DNA of 64,000 nucleotides, taken from NCBI RefSeq assembly GCF_009914755.1, contig NC_060925.1; one strand, written 5' to 3'. The notes under the pieces were generated by a model. That model was not told the origin of the DNA, searched no databases, and saw only the letters and a program-made list of their open reading frames with translations. Both the position numbers and the translations under genes were made by a program. Position 1 is the first letter of the stretch. Every line of letters starts with the position of its first letter. Source of the stretch: the human T2T-CHM13v2.0 reference genome, Homo sapiens. Shown one piece after another: positions 30,880 to 46,664 of the stretch.

Positions 30880-31680
30880 CAAGGGAGCGGCTGGGTGACC
30901 TCTAAGAACTCGGAGGCCGAGGCCGGAGTCGCCCGAGTGCTCCGCCCAGCCTCAGTTTCCCCCTCTGCCTCCCCAAGATTTCTAAAAGCACTTCCGGCTC
31001 TGAAAACAAACCAACCACCAGCAGGCGGCCTGGGCTTAGGGCAGGCAGCGCCAGGGAGCGCGCGGCCGCTTCCTGGTGGGTCCAGTGTCCCCGGGGTGGA
31101 GGGCGGGGCGCAGGGCAAAGGGCCCCGGGGCTGGGCCGGGCTCCGAGTGCCCCGCGTGGGGCCGGCGGGGAGTGGCCCAGCGAGGTGCGCGCCACCGTGG
31201 CCTGGCGGCTCCTCCGGGGCCCCCTTACCTGGAGGCGGCTGCGAAGGCAAAGGCGGAGGCGGCAAAACCGGCGAGCGGCTCCTCCCGCCCGGCCCGGCCC
31301 GGCCCCTCCCCTCCCCGCCGCGTCCCGGCCCCGGTCCCGGCCCGTCCCGCCGCCTGCCCCGAGCGCGCCTGGTCGCCACCGGCCGGGCGGAGCACTTAGG
31401 GAGCGCGGCGCGGGGGCGCGGGGCCTTCCAGGCTCTGACTCGCCAGCTGCGGGTCCCGACCTGGCTCGTCCCACCTCTGCCCCACCTCCACCACCCATCG
31501 CGACAGGGGTGCCGGCCTCTGCAGGTGACCGGCAAGCCCGCGGCGCCACATCTGTGTGTGGGTCCATTTACCCTCCAGGAAGCAGCGAGACAGCGCGGCG
31601 CGGGAGAAGGGCCCTGCAGGGTTGGACTTTGCAGAAACTGCCCGCGAAGGACTCGGCCCCGAGAGTGGCATGCCCCAAAG
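30880..31680. promoter_or_regulatory. TMCO4: CpG island / TMCO4 promoter with GC boxes and G-run clusters
   Basis: Very high GC and CpG density against a CpG-depleted background; GGGCGG/CCCGCCC motifs; no TATA box. Confidence 0.9.
31229..31300 (-). other. TMCO4: TMCO4 non-coding exon 1 (5' end approximate)
   Basis: Consensus donor CAG|GTAAGG at 31228 inside the CpG island, with GC boxes immediately upstream on the minus strand. Confidence 0.7.
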
Positions 31681-32035
31681 CCACATTTTGAAGACAAAGT
31701 CTTCAAAAATGTATAATGTAAACAAAGAACCAGCCGCAGAAACCGCCTTCCCGCACGTGTATGCAGCACTTTGTAGTTTGCAAAGTGTTCAGATATCTAA
31801 GTTCTTCCTGATTCTACTTTCATTTTCCCTAACGCTAAGTTTGGTCCTGTCTCAGGGCCTCTGCCTGGAGGCTCCCGTGCCTGGGACTCTCTGCCTTCAG
31901 ACCTCCCTTTCCCCCAATCCATTTCCTGCTTTCCATTCTGGTCTCTTGGGATGGGATCTGAGAGTCTTCCCTGAGCACCCAGCACATTCAGTCATTGAAC
32001 AAATTTACCGAGCACCTACTACGCGCCAGGTACAG

Positions 32036-32355
<320 letters not shown>

Positions 32356-33434
32356 TAAAAGCCCTGGAGGTGGGCGGGTTTAGGCTGCCTTGCTCTCCGC
32401 TGTGTGCCCAGCCCCAGGGACTGTGCCTAGCACTTGCAGGTGCTCAAAAGAAGCACTTAATGAATGGATCTCTTTCCCCTAGCAACCCTGTGAAATTTCA
32501 TCACACCCACTCTGAAGGAGAGGAAACCGAGGCTCAGGTCCAGACAATGCAGAAGCCACAGAGCTAATGAGTGCCAGAGCTAGGGCATGAATCATCGTGG
32601 CCTCAGAAGCTGTTGCCCTTACTCCCAGTGAAGACAATCTAGGGTTATGGGAGGAAAAGGTACCGACGGGGGTCAGAGACCAGCATCCCAGCTCAGAGCC
32701 TGGGACTCACGCACCTGTGAAATGTTCCTTCCTTCATCTGCTCATCTCCCCACTGGCCAATCAGGACCAAGAAGGGCAGCTCTACCCACCCATGAAGTTA
32801 TTGTGAGGGTCAAATGGGTCAATCGTGTGCAGGCTTTAGGGGAATAAGGGGTTATATCTGAGCATGTGAGCTTTGTCAAGATTGAGAACTGCAGCCAGCC
32901 CTCCTCTTAATGTCTGGCAGCCCCTTCCAGCAGATCAGCTTTGTGGGACCAGGCACCACTCTGCACTCCCCTGCTTTGCCCTGTCTCTAATTTGATTAGA
33001 GACCTTGTGTTGAACACACTTGTCTTTGGGTATTGGACCCTGTTCAGCCATTGCCCAGCACCCAACCCTCACCCTAGTCGCCCCCACTGCACACAGTTCC
33101 TGATCCCATCATTGAGGCTATGGGTGGGAAAGATGGAGAAAATATGTTTACCCCTTTTGGTGTATGCTTTTGAGATTTTGTTAGGTTTGGTATTGGACAT
33201 TGAAGAATTTTGTTTCCTCTAAGTAACTCTCCCCCAAAGGAATGTTTAGGGAGTTGTGGAAGGGGAAGCCTTCTAATGAACCATTGACTAATTCAACCAG
33301 GATGTGTGGAGTGGCTGGTGGGGTTCTAGATGTTGAGGGTATAGCAGGAGAATCAAAGTGTTTCCAGCAAAATCATGGAGCTTACATTCTGGTTTGGGGG
33401 ATGGGTGGAGGGAGACGGACAAGAAACCAACTGA

Positions 33435-33915
<481 letters not shown>

Positions 33916-34030
33916 TAAGAAAACGGTGTGAGAGGAGAGTGGAGAGTGCTGGGGGAGAGTCCTGGATGAGATGAGATCAGACAGGTAGTGGGGGTCGTAT
34001 CACTGTGAGCTTTTAAGAAATGCTGATGAG

Positions 34031-34291
34031 GGCTGGGTGCAGCGGCTCCCGCCTGTAATCCCAGGACTTTGGGAGGCCAAGACGGGTAAGTCACTTTAGC
34101 CCAGGAGTTTGAGACCAGCCTGGGCAACATGGTGAAACCCCGTCTCTACTAAAAATCCAAAAATTAGCTGGGCATAGTAGGGCAAGCCTGTAGTCCCAGC
34201 TTCGTGGAGGGCGGAGGTTGCAGTGAGCCGTGTTTGCACCACTGGACTTTAGCCTGGGCAACAGAGGGAAACTGTCTCGAAATTTAAAAAA

Positions 34292-34335
<44 letters not shown>
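34031..34335 (+). mobile_element. Alu ending in a (TA)n microsatellite (34297-34335)
   Basis: Sense Alu body followed by about 19 TA units. Confidence 0.9.
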
Positions 34336-34338
<3 letters not shown>

Positions 34339-34351
34339 CTGATGCTTAGGC

Positions 34352-34541
34352 TAGGGTTGCCAGATTTAGCAAATGAAAATAGAGGACTCTGTTTTATTTC
34401 AATTTCAGATAGACAATGGATAATTGTTTAATATGAGTATGTCCCAATACTGCACAGGATATACTTATATTAAACAATTACTTATTGTGTATCTGAAATT
34501 TAAGTATAGCTGGGTGTCCTGTATTTTATCTGGTAACCCTA
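34352..34541. mobile_element. MER53 palindromic hAT MITE
   Basis: TAGGGTTGCCAGAT...ATCTGGTAACCCTA terminal inverted repeats and internal near-palindrome. Confidence 0.85.
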
Positions 34542-34627
34542 TTTGGGCCCCACTCTCAGAGATTCTGATTCCATTGGTCTGGGATCTGGCCAGGCATAGG
34601 TGTTGTTCAGAAGCCCACAGGTATTTC

Positions 34628-35447
<820 letters not shown>

Positions 35448-36672
35448 GCTCACAGGTATTTCAAATGTGTGAGCAGTTCCAGGAGCCACTGATGTAGGGC
35501 CTTGTCTACTCAGTTAGGGGTGTGGATGGACAGTTGTAGAGGGTTGGGGGCAGTGAATTGACATGACCTCACCTTTTAAAAAGATCCCATTGGCTGCTGT
35601 GTGGAGGGCAGAGAGACAAGAGTGGACAGAGGAAGCTGATTAGGAAGCTATTGCAATAGTCCAGGCCGGAAAGAGGTCTGTATTTGTTGAGCTCCTACTA
35701 TGGCTAGGCACAAGAGCGCATAATGGAAACAGAGGTTACTGAGTCCTCCCTTGGCCCTACCCCGTTCAGAATTTCTCAGGGATGTGGGAGCCTAGGAATT
35801 TGTATTTTTAACATGCTCCTCTGGTGATTCTGATGATCAGTCAGGTTTGGAACAACTAAATTATTGGCTTTTAATTTTCCTGGAAATTCTAGAAATCACC
35901 ATGAATACTGCTTAGGGAGCACTGTCCTTATTGCTGGCTCCATGTGCCTTCCATATATACCTTCTATCCTTCAACCCTATGCAGTATATATGATCATTAG
36001 CCCTATTTCTCAGAAGAAGGAACTGAGGCTCAGAGAGGAATAACTTGGCCAGGATCACCGAGCTACAAGGTGGCAGAGTCAGGATTTGAACCCGGGTCTG
36101 GCTGATTCTGCTATCCTGCCCTTGATATTTACGCCTAAATATCAATACAAATTAAAGATATTTAGATGAGTTGCGGATAATGGACCCTCAATGGGAGAAG
36201 CCTCCTTTGCTATGTCCCGTTGATGTCTCTCCTCCTAGGACTGACGTGAGGGCTGGCCCGGCCTGGGTGTTTGTTGAGTGGAACTGAATTCTAGGGATGA
36301 TTTCACTGAGGGCAGCCCATATTCTTTCCCACAGAGGATCCCTGTGATGCTGTTGTGCTGAACTTGAGACTGAATGAGCCAGAAGGCTATTTATGGTCAC
36401 TTATTTCCTTACAACACTCAGAAATAATCTGAGCTCCCCTGGGGAGGGATTGGACACTCCCTTAGAGGAAGGCCAGGGTGGAGGTAACTTCGGACGATGT
36501 GTGGTTACCATGGATGTGACATTGCTGAGCAATCTCTTGTTTGTGTTTCCAAGCCATCTTTGACCCAAAGAACTGAATAACTTTATGTTAATTGGACCAT
36601 CAACTGGAATCGGCAGAGCTAAGTCTTGGGGATTTGGAGTCAAAGCCATTTGGGTTAATAATTCTCCTCACT

Positions 36673-36975
36673 GTTTTCTTTTTTCTTTTTTTGAGACGAA
36701 GTCTCAGTTTTTCACCCAGGCTGGAGTGCAGTGGCTCCATCTTGGCTCACTGCAATCTCTGCCTCCTGGGTTCAACTGATTCTTCTGCCTCAGCCTCCTG
36801 AGTAGCTGAGATTATAGGCACACGCCACCACGCTCGGCTCACTTTTGTATTTTTAGTAGAGGCGGATTTTTGCCATGTTGGCCAGGCTGGTCTCGAACTC
36901 CTGACCTCAAATGATCTGCTCACCTTGGCCTCCCAAAGTGCTGGGATTACAGGTGTGAGCCACCGCACCCGGCCA
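36673..36975 (-). mobile_element. Alu
   Basis: Antisense Alu; TSD cctcactgttttc. Confidence 0.9.
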
Positions 36976-37632
36976 CCCCTCACTGTTTTCATGTGTTAGG
37001 TAATAATTTCATAGTCTCCTGCCATATCTCTTACACAGAGGCTTGGGTCATGACTTCTACCTGCTTCTTATCTAAGAATGCTTTGCACTTGCCCCTGGTC
37101 TGATATTTTCTAATGTGTGAGACCCATATCACTGGTGGTACATGAGGTGCCTCTAGCTGGTACATGAACCTGCATTAAATCACCTTGAATCGCACAGTAA
37201 GAAAGCAATTCCCTTCAATCCTTGTTCTGTTGGGATTGTTTGATGCTATTGAATCTTTAAAACTCCTCTAACATTTGCTAATCATTCCCTTTTAATGAAG
37301 GAAAATAGGCCTCAGCTCAAAGCCTAGCTTTAGACAGCCTCACAGCTATCTAAAATATTGAGTTTGGATTTAATTATGTTGTTTATTTATTTAGTAAACT
37401 TTTTATTTTGGAAGGATTTTAGATTGACTGCAAAGAGAGCTACAGAGTTCTTATCTAAGAACCATATACCTTTCACCCTGTTTTTCCCCAGTGTTAGCAT
37501 CTTACGTAAACATATGGTACATTTGTCAAGACAAACAAACTGGTATTGGGTATTGGTACTTACTGTTAACTAAAGTATGGAATTTATCAGTTTTCCATTA
37601 ATGTCCTTTTACTGTTCCAGAATCCAGTCTAA

Positions 37633-37953
<321 letters not shown>

Positions 37954-38274
37954 AGCAGGACTTTATTAAGGAATGCTGGGGGCAAGCAGGGAGAAATCAG
38001 GCCCAGTATTAAGGAGAAGCCAGGTGCTGGAAGCCTTGCTAAGGAGGGTGTAATTTACCTTGAAGGCAAGGAGGAACCACCAGTTTTAAGCAAGGCTGAA
38101 ATTTGTTCTTTTCTGAAGGCCCCTTTCTGGTTGCAGTGTAGAGAATGAACTTACTGCAGGGCAATGCTGGAGGAAGTAGTGACCAACAGAGCCAGATGAA
38201 GGCTTTCTCTCCAGGGCAATTCACAAAGCTCTGAAACCCTCAGCGCAGCAAGTGTGGACAGAGCAGGCATCTCA

Positions 38275-38594
<320 letters not shown>

Positions 38595-38761
38595 TCAGAC
38601 CAAGCTCTTAGACCCTATAGTATTATTATATTCGGTGTTACTTTTTAAAAGCTATGATGTATGTACAGAAAAAGCACACAGAGGATGTAAGCACTGTTTA
38701 CAAATAATTATACAGTAAACACCCACCTGTATAACTACCACCTAAGTCAAAAAATAGAACA

Positions 38762-39060
<299 letters not shown>

Positions 39061-39454
39061 AGAACATTACCAACATTACCAGTGTCCCAGAAGCCTCTCC
39101 CTAATCAGAACCTCCTTCTCCTCCAGAGATACTCTCTTCCATTATTATTCAAGTTTCATTCAGCTTTTTTACTTTAGTAAATATGTGTAGATCTTGTTTC
39201 CCCAGGTTGTGTGATGGTGATGGGGGTGGGAGTGGTCAGGAGTGTCCCTTAAATTGTACACCTTCCCAGGCACCTGATAGGCTGATGGGACAGGAGGGCA
39301 CCCACTCTGCGTTGAGAACAGTGCAGGTATTGTATACGTCATCTAATCAGATTGCCATAAAATCTGTATGAGGCAGGCCTGATGAGCCTACATTTCCCAA
39401 TTCAGGGAAAGCACATACCATACCCAAGGTCACACAGAGCATAAATTGTAGTTG

Positions 39455-39774
<320 letters not shown>

Positions 39775-40911
39775 TAGAAGTTGGTTTTGAACCCAGGTCT
39801 GTCTTGACTGAGGGCCCTGTTCTTTCCTTGGCTTGTTCTGATGGGGGTAGGGGAAGGTGAGGAAGGACGGGAATGACGCGGGGTGGCAGGGTGATGGTAG
39901 GTACGGGGACTAAGAGGGGGCTTTAGAGCCGGACTGGCCTGCCTGACTTCATATCTCAGCCCTGTCCCTCGGGCACATTGCTGACCTTCTCTGACCTTCT
40001 CTACGCCTCAGTTTGCTGCCTGAATAGGGGTTTTGTGTTGATTCTATGAGAAAACATGTAAAATGCCCAGCACAATAAATCATCACACTTACCTCATGGG
40101 GTTGCTGTGAAGAATACAAGAGTTAAGTTTAGTTCAGGAAGCTTTTAGAACAGAACCTGCAGGGGGGAACCACTCATGAGCATTGGCCACTAATATTGTT
40201 GTTCTTTTCCCTTTCCCTCACGTTCATGGGTGTGCACTGAGCTGAAGTTGCTTTGAAATTGCTGCATCTACAGTGACTTTGCAGACTGTTTTCTTCTGCA
40301 GACTGACTCCAGTGAAGGGCTCTGGCTGGGCGTCTGGAGAACTAGAGCCTGTTTCTTCTGGGGATCATGAGGCCAGTGGAGTGGAGGCTGGCCTCCTCTA
40401 ACAGTGGTGGCCTGAGCTCCACTCCATGTTTCCTGTCTGACCCCACTTGTAGGCAGAGCTAACGTGGGCACCACCCTCTTGGGCCTGACATCAGGACAGC
40501 CTCCCCACAAGTTCAGACTGGCTCTTAGGTGGGAACGTGTGGTAGGAAGGCTCCCGACCACCTGGCCTGTGGCATTGCTTCTCCCCTGGCCTTTGGAGGG
40601 GCTGAGGCCTATGGTGGGATTTTTCAGCAGCCGGGATCCTGGACAGCTCCTGTATTCAGTCAGGGATATTGGTTGCAAGCAACAGAAACTGATTCAGGCT
40701 ATCAGAAGAAAAAAAGCGAATTGTAGAGAAGGAACCTGAGACTTCAGTGAATCAACCAGAGGGGAAGCACCAGATGTGGGGACGATCTGGTTTGCTGCAG
40801 CAGCTGCTGCAGCCACTTTCAAATAGTCATTTCTCCTTGCATCACCAGCTCCAGATTCAAAGTACTGGAAAAGAGCATCCGACTGGAATAACTTGGATCA
40901 GGGGTTAATAA

Positions 40912-41125
40912 TTGGGAACCCGGCTGCACAGCAGGAGGTGAGTGGCAGGCAAGCGAGTGAAGCTTCATCTGTATTTACAGCCACTCCCCATTGCTCACAT
41001 TACCACCTGAGCTCCGCCTCCTGTCAGATCAGCGGCTGCATTAGATTCTCATAGGAGCATGAACCGTACTGTGAACTGTGCATGCGAGGGATCTACACTG
41101 TGCACTCCTTATGAGAATCTAATGC
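40912..41125. mobile_element. MER1A-like internal fragment
   Basis: ggctgcacagcaggaggtgagtggcaggcaagcgag...ctcctgtcagatcagcggctgcattagattctcatagg. Confidence 0.8.
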
Positions 41126-41218
41126 TCAGCATCTATTAATTTCCCTACCTCATCAACTAAGATTGAATATCCTGCTCAGGACCTGGCACAGAGCAGAACC
41201 TCAAGAAGTATTTGTTGA

Positions 41219-41653
<435 letters not shown>

Positions 41654-43477
41654 TGATTTCAAGATACTCTAACAAAAATATAAAGTTCATGGGAACACCT
41701 CCAGGCACATTCAAGAGCTTGGATCTGACTTCTGTTTTTAATGAGCTTGATGCTTTTCCCACAGCCAGAGAAATTGCAGGAAAGTCCTTCCTTCCCAGAA
41801 CGGCTCTGCTTTGCCACAGATAAAGAATTATTTGTTTTAAGAAAGCTTGAAAAACTTCCTCCAGTCATTTGAAAAGGGGTTCCAACAATGAACAGGAGGC
41901 CCCAGCAATAAATCAGGTGAGGCAAGGAAGTGGCTCTGGGAGATGGGACAGGTAGATTCCCACAACCCTCTGTCCCAGGCACCCACTAAATCAGGAAGTT
42001 GTCACTGAATGAGAGGATGCCAGTGCTTCTTAATTCTTCAGTCTTAGGGGCAGGTGACCCACATAACTTGATCACTTATGGTGTGCTGCAATGTTCCATC
42101 TGGTACAGCAAAGTGACTCAAAGCCCAAACTCTGGAGTTAAACTCCTACAGTCTACCCTTGGCCCCACCACTGTCTCATTGTGTGATCTTGGGCATGTTC
42201 CTTCACCTTTCTGTGCCTCGAAGTCCTCACTGATAATTTGAGAACAACAATAGTACCTCCTTTATAGCATATGTGATAATATATGTAATACACTTTGCAG
42301 GGTGCATTTAGATAATGTCAACAATTATCATATTATTGAGGATGCTGCTGGTGCTGAGGCTGATCATGGAAAAGGTGAATTCTAGTGCCCAGGTTTATTA
42401 AATGTCTGTTCTCATCATTCCCACTAGGGATTTCTAGAACTCAATCCCATCTCTCTGTCTCTCCCTGTCTTCCCCTCCCTTCTTTATCTCCTTAGTGCTC
42501 AACCATGGATTATTTCGCTGATTCCCCAGCAACCCTAGCAGGTATGTATCATAACCTCAGTTTCACGGATAAGAACCTGAGACGTAGAGAGACGAAGGGA
42601 CTTGTAAGCAGAGAACTGGAATTCAAGCCAGGTATGTCTGCCTCCAAGGCTGCTGCATGGGGAGATGGACCTGATGGGAATGAAATTTGGCCTCTCCCCA
42701 TAATTTCTTTTCATCGTTAGAACCTCCCTCTAGGACCTAGGCTCAGACTTCACTGCCAGACTGGCCTGCCCTGGACAACACTCCACACTCGACTGGCTGC
42801 CCCCTGCTGGCTGTCAAGCTGAACAAGCCCCAAGAAACCCATTTACCCAAGGAGGCCAATGGTGGCCAACAAAAGCAGTCCATTAGACAGTGGCTGCTCA
42901 TCCAGCAGCACCCTGAATCCTCACGGAGGCCCTGGGAAGAGTGTATCCCCCACCTGCCACTTTACAGGTGACCAAACTAAGGCTCAGAGAAGTTCTGTAA
43001 CTCCCTTCTGTCGCACACCAGGTCAGAGCTTGGCTTTGAGCCCCGGGCTGGCTCTCTGGTTTGTCCAATCACATTCTTTTGCAGGATGTCTATTTCCTCC
43101 TCTGTGTCTATTTCCTCTGCTCTCTTCCAGGGTGGCCTGGGTTGATTCTGGCCTCTGGTGCTCTCTGTTCCCATGCTGCCAAGGCCAGAGGATGACTGAG
43201 ACCAGCTGAGCTTCTAAAGGGCTGGTGATAGCAGTGTCCGAACAACTTTGCCCAGGGGGACGGAGGGCTTGGTTGGGGGCCTACCACATGCCAGGAATGA
43301 GGACAGGAAATCTCACTATTATGAATCACTATTACAAATCTCACTATTTTCTGATTTTCACAATGTGAGATTCAGGGAAGTAAAGAGACCTGCTTAAGGG
43401 CAACGATGGGGCAGGTGAGGTCTCAAACCTGAGACTCTAATGTTCCTGCTGGCCTAACTCACTGCAGAGGAGGCTAG

Positions 43478-43844
<367 letters not shown>

Positions 43845-45369
43845 TATCATTTTCTTTTCTTTTCTTTAGCATGGATGACAGATTCTAAAATTCTCCGGCC
43901 TCTCTGAGCAGCTGACTGCTGGAATTTGGAGGCTCCTGAAATTAGTTTCCTGTTCTCTCCATGCACTTCTCAAAAACCCTCAAGTGGTGACCAGATCCCC
44001 ACTTATTTGGGAGTTGTACACAAAGGAAGCAGCATCATGAGGCAGAAGGAGCCCTGGGTTATCTCGAGGGAGCTCAGGCATTGACTGTGCAACCTTAGGC
44101 AGGCGAATTCACCTCTGTGATCCTCAATCTCCTCCTCCGCAAGAGAGAGATAGTAATGGCCTGTACTTCATAAGGTTATTGCGAAGATTAACTAGTGCAT
44201 GGAAAGCAGTTATTGCAGTACTTGGCACAGAGTAAGTACTGGATAAACAAGTAACCACCATTATTATGGTAGAAATGGTGTCATTAGCAACTGAAACATT
44301 GGGGGGAGGTTTTGATCTTGGCGAAGGGTCTGAGAAATATTACAGATCGAATAGAAGGGAAGTGAGTTGGGAGGGAATGTTCCTTGCCTATCCCACTGGC
44401 AGCCATCCCAAACTGACATGCCCGGGGCCAGCTCAGGAAATGCCCAGTGACCCTCTTCAGCTTGGGAGACATGGTGTTCTTCAGGCCCACTTGGTCTGGC
44501 TTAAAGCCGTGGGTCTGTGCATGCCCACACACACTCATACTGTCTCAGCACCAGTCGCCATTAGGGCCAATGGCATGGGTGTCGGACTTGCCCTGAGACA
44601 ACAGCACTCCTCTGAGGTTTCAAGAATGTTTCCCATTTATGGGGCTTTTGGAAGGAAATAGTATGTCTCCTCCCATCCTCTGCTCATCTGCACTCCCACA
44701 TAAACACCCGGCTGAGGCCTGCCCCTGGCAACCATGGAAAGTCGTTTCCCCCAGCCAATGCCTCCCCTGTGTTAAGAAGCAGACGTGGTGGAAAGAAGGC
44801 ACGAAAAAAGCTTGCGACTCACAGGGTGAGGTGGGAAAAGTGGGGTTATTGGTGAGGACCGTTGCATTTATGGGGCCTCTTATCTTTATGACAAAAGCTT
44901 AACTAGTACTTGAGATGCAATAACAAAGACGGTAACATCCATAAAGATCTAGTTCTACCGTGTGGGACTGTGCAATAGATGGGCAGCTGGCCCCACTGTA
45001 TGTGGACTGCAGTCCTTGTAACCCCGAGATTTGCTGCTAAGTCAGGGCCTAGTGGCACGGAGTGGGGAACTCCTAGTGAGGATACTGGGAGCAATTCCCA
45101 AACCCTGCCCTCTCCACCCCTCCCCATCTCTGCCAGCTAAATGTGGGACTCCCCCTGCAGCTTCAGAAACACCATCCCTTCACACACATTTTGTCTCCCC
45201 AACCCTAGGGTCAACTCCATGGGAGACCTAAACAACCAGGACACTTGCCGAGGCTAGGCTGGGCATGAGATGCTCAGTGTTAGAGGAAGCGCAGTGGGAC
45301 CTCCCCGTGGACTCCAAGCTCCCAGGAGGGAAAATGTGTAACAAAGGGAAATGTGAACCAACTGCTGCC

Positions 45370-45455
45370 CCAAACCCAAAAAAACAAAGGAAAACAAGAA
45401 AACAAAACCAGCTACATAAATTGCAAAAAGAATGGAATTCCAGTTCTATTCTACA
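45370..45455 (-). terminator. RNF186: Probable RNF186 3'-end processing site (UGUA, AAUAGA, GU/U-rich downstream element)
   Basis: The minus strand reads TGTA-G-AATAGA (45455-45445), then a long TGGTTTTGTTTTCTTGTTTTCCTTTGTTTTTTTGGGTTTG tract (45410-45371). Confidence 0.55.
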
Positions 45456-45805
45456 ATGGCATCAATACTGCAATACTTTCATCAAGTTATATAAAGAAAA
45501 ACCAAGAACATTGGAATAAGAGGAACAGGAGCTTCCCCCATCTTGTCATGTTCAAGTAGTTTGTGTCTGCTCCCCTAGCCACCAACAGTTTTAGCTATGC
45601 TATCCCAAGGGCAAGTGCAAGCCTGTCATCCAAGCGTGTAATTCTTGACCCAGGCTGGCCATCTCGGTTGTGGCTTGCAAGTCCCGCTGGCATGTGATTT
45701 CCCAAAGGAGCCAGTCTTAGTCCGTAACCCCTTACCCTGTTCATTGTGGAAGTCCGGGGGCCCAAGGGCAGAAAGGGCTGCAGGGATAGCCTCATCAGAG
45801 GGCAC

Positions 45806-46489
45806 TCAGGCAATGGAAGAGATGTGGCTGTGTTTCTGCTCTCTGCAGAAGAGAGTCCTGGAGGAGGGCCAGCAGCTGCCCCGGGTGCTGGGGAGACAGC
45901 AGAAGAGGGTGGACATCAGCAGGGCCAGGGCGATGATGAAGGTGAGCACCCATCGTAAGACACCCGGGTAGATGAAGGGCCCGATGAGGATAATGAGCAA
46001 GGCCAGCAGGAGTAGGTGCGCGGCCAGGCGCCGGGCTGCCACGTGGTTTGCACTTACTTCATCCTGTCCATCCTCTCCCACCAAGCTGGGGTGTCCTGCT
46101 GCCAAGTCAGCAGGATCCACCAGCCCCTGAGGACAGAGCGATACCTCTGTGCATGGCTGGGCCAGCTGCCCCACCACCGCCTCATGGTCGCGCAGGCTGC
46201 AGATGAGGCCCCCGGGGACGGCGGTGACCTTGCGGCACAGCGGGCAGGTGATGGACCAGGTGTTGTCCTGCACGCACAGCAGGAGCTTCAGGCAGATGGC
46301 GCAGAAGGCATGCTGGCAGGCCAGCAGCTTGGGCAACCGGGGACAGCTGTAGGGCTCCCGGCACACCAGACACTCCAGGTCACATTCTGTGGAGCCAGAA
46401 TGACCCCCAGCAGGGGCCACAGCGGTGGTGGTTGTGGTGGCTCCTGCGGAGATGGGCTGGGACTGTTGCAGGGTCTTGGTGCAGGCCAT
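45806..46489 (-). CDS. RNF186: RING finger protein 186 (E3 ubiquitin ligase, C3HC4 RING plus two C-terminal TM helices), 227 aa, intronless
   Basis: ATG at 46489 in strong context (agaATGG) to TGA at 45806. RING ligands C40 C43 C58 H60 C63 C66 C82 C85. Hydrophobic segments HLLLLALLIILIGPFIYPGVL and WVLTFIIALALLMSTLFCCL. Sequence recognised as RNF186. Confidence 0.97.
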   Translation of the reverse strand: MACTKTLQQSQPISAGATTTTTAVAPAGGHSGSTECDLECLVCREPYSCPRLPKLLACQHAFCAICLKLLLCVQDNTWSITCPLCRKVTAVPGGLICSLRDHEAVVGQLAQPCTEVSLCPQGLVDPADLAAGHPSLVGEDGQDEVSANHVAARRLAAHLLLLALLIILIGPFIYPGVLRWVLTFIIALALLMSTLFCCLPSTRGSCWPSSRTLFCREQKHSHISSIA

Positions 46490-46664
46490 TCTGGGCACAG
46501 GGACCGGTGGGACACTGTCGCTCAGCACCTGGGCATTGGCAGAGAGTGTCAGCTGGCGCCGCTGGGACTTGGATGGAATCTGCCCCTCCTTTTCACTCTG
46601 GCCAGGTGCCTGTTGACAACAGCTGTCTGACACTCCTCTCTCCCAGAGCTGCCCAGCTTGTTTC

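Noticed and set aside
30661-31769. Long ORFs over the CpG island (351 aa +, 296 aa -, 221 aa -)
   Set aside because: Low-complexity Pro/Gly/Arg/Ala translations in several frames at once, as expected from stop-codon scarcity in very GC-rich DNA.
46016-46630. 204-aa plus-strand ORF antisense to RNF186
   Set aside because: Shadow of a GC-rich coding sequence, with no recognisable protein features.
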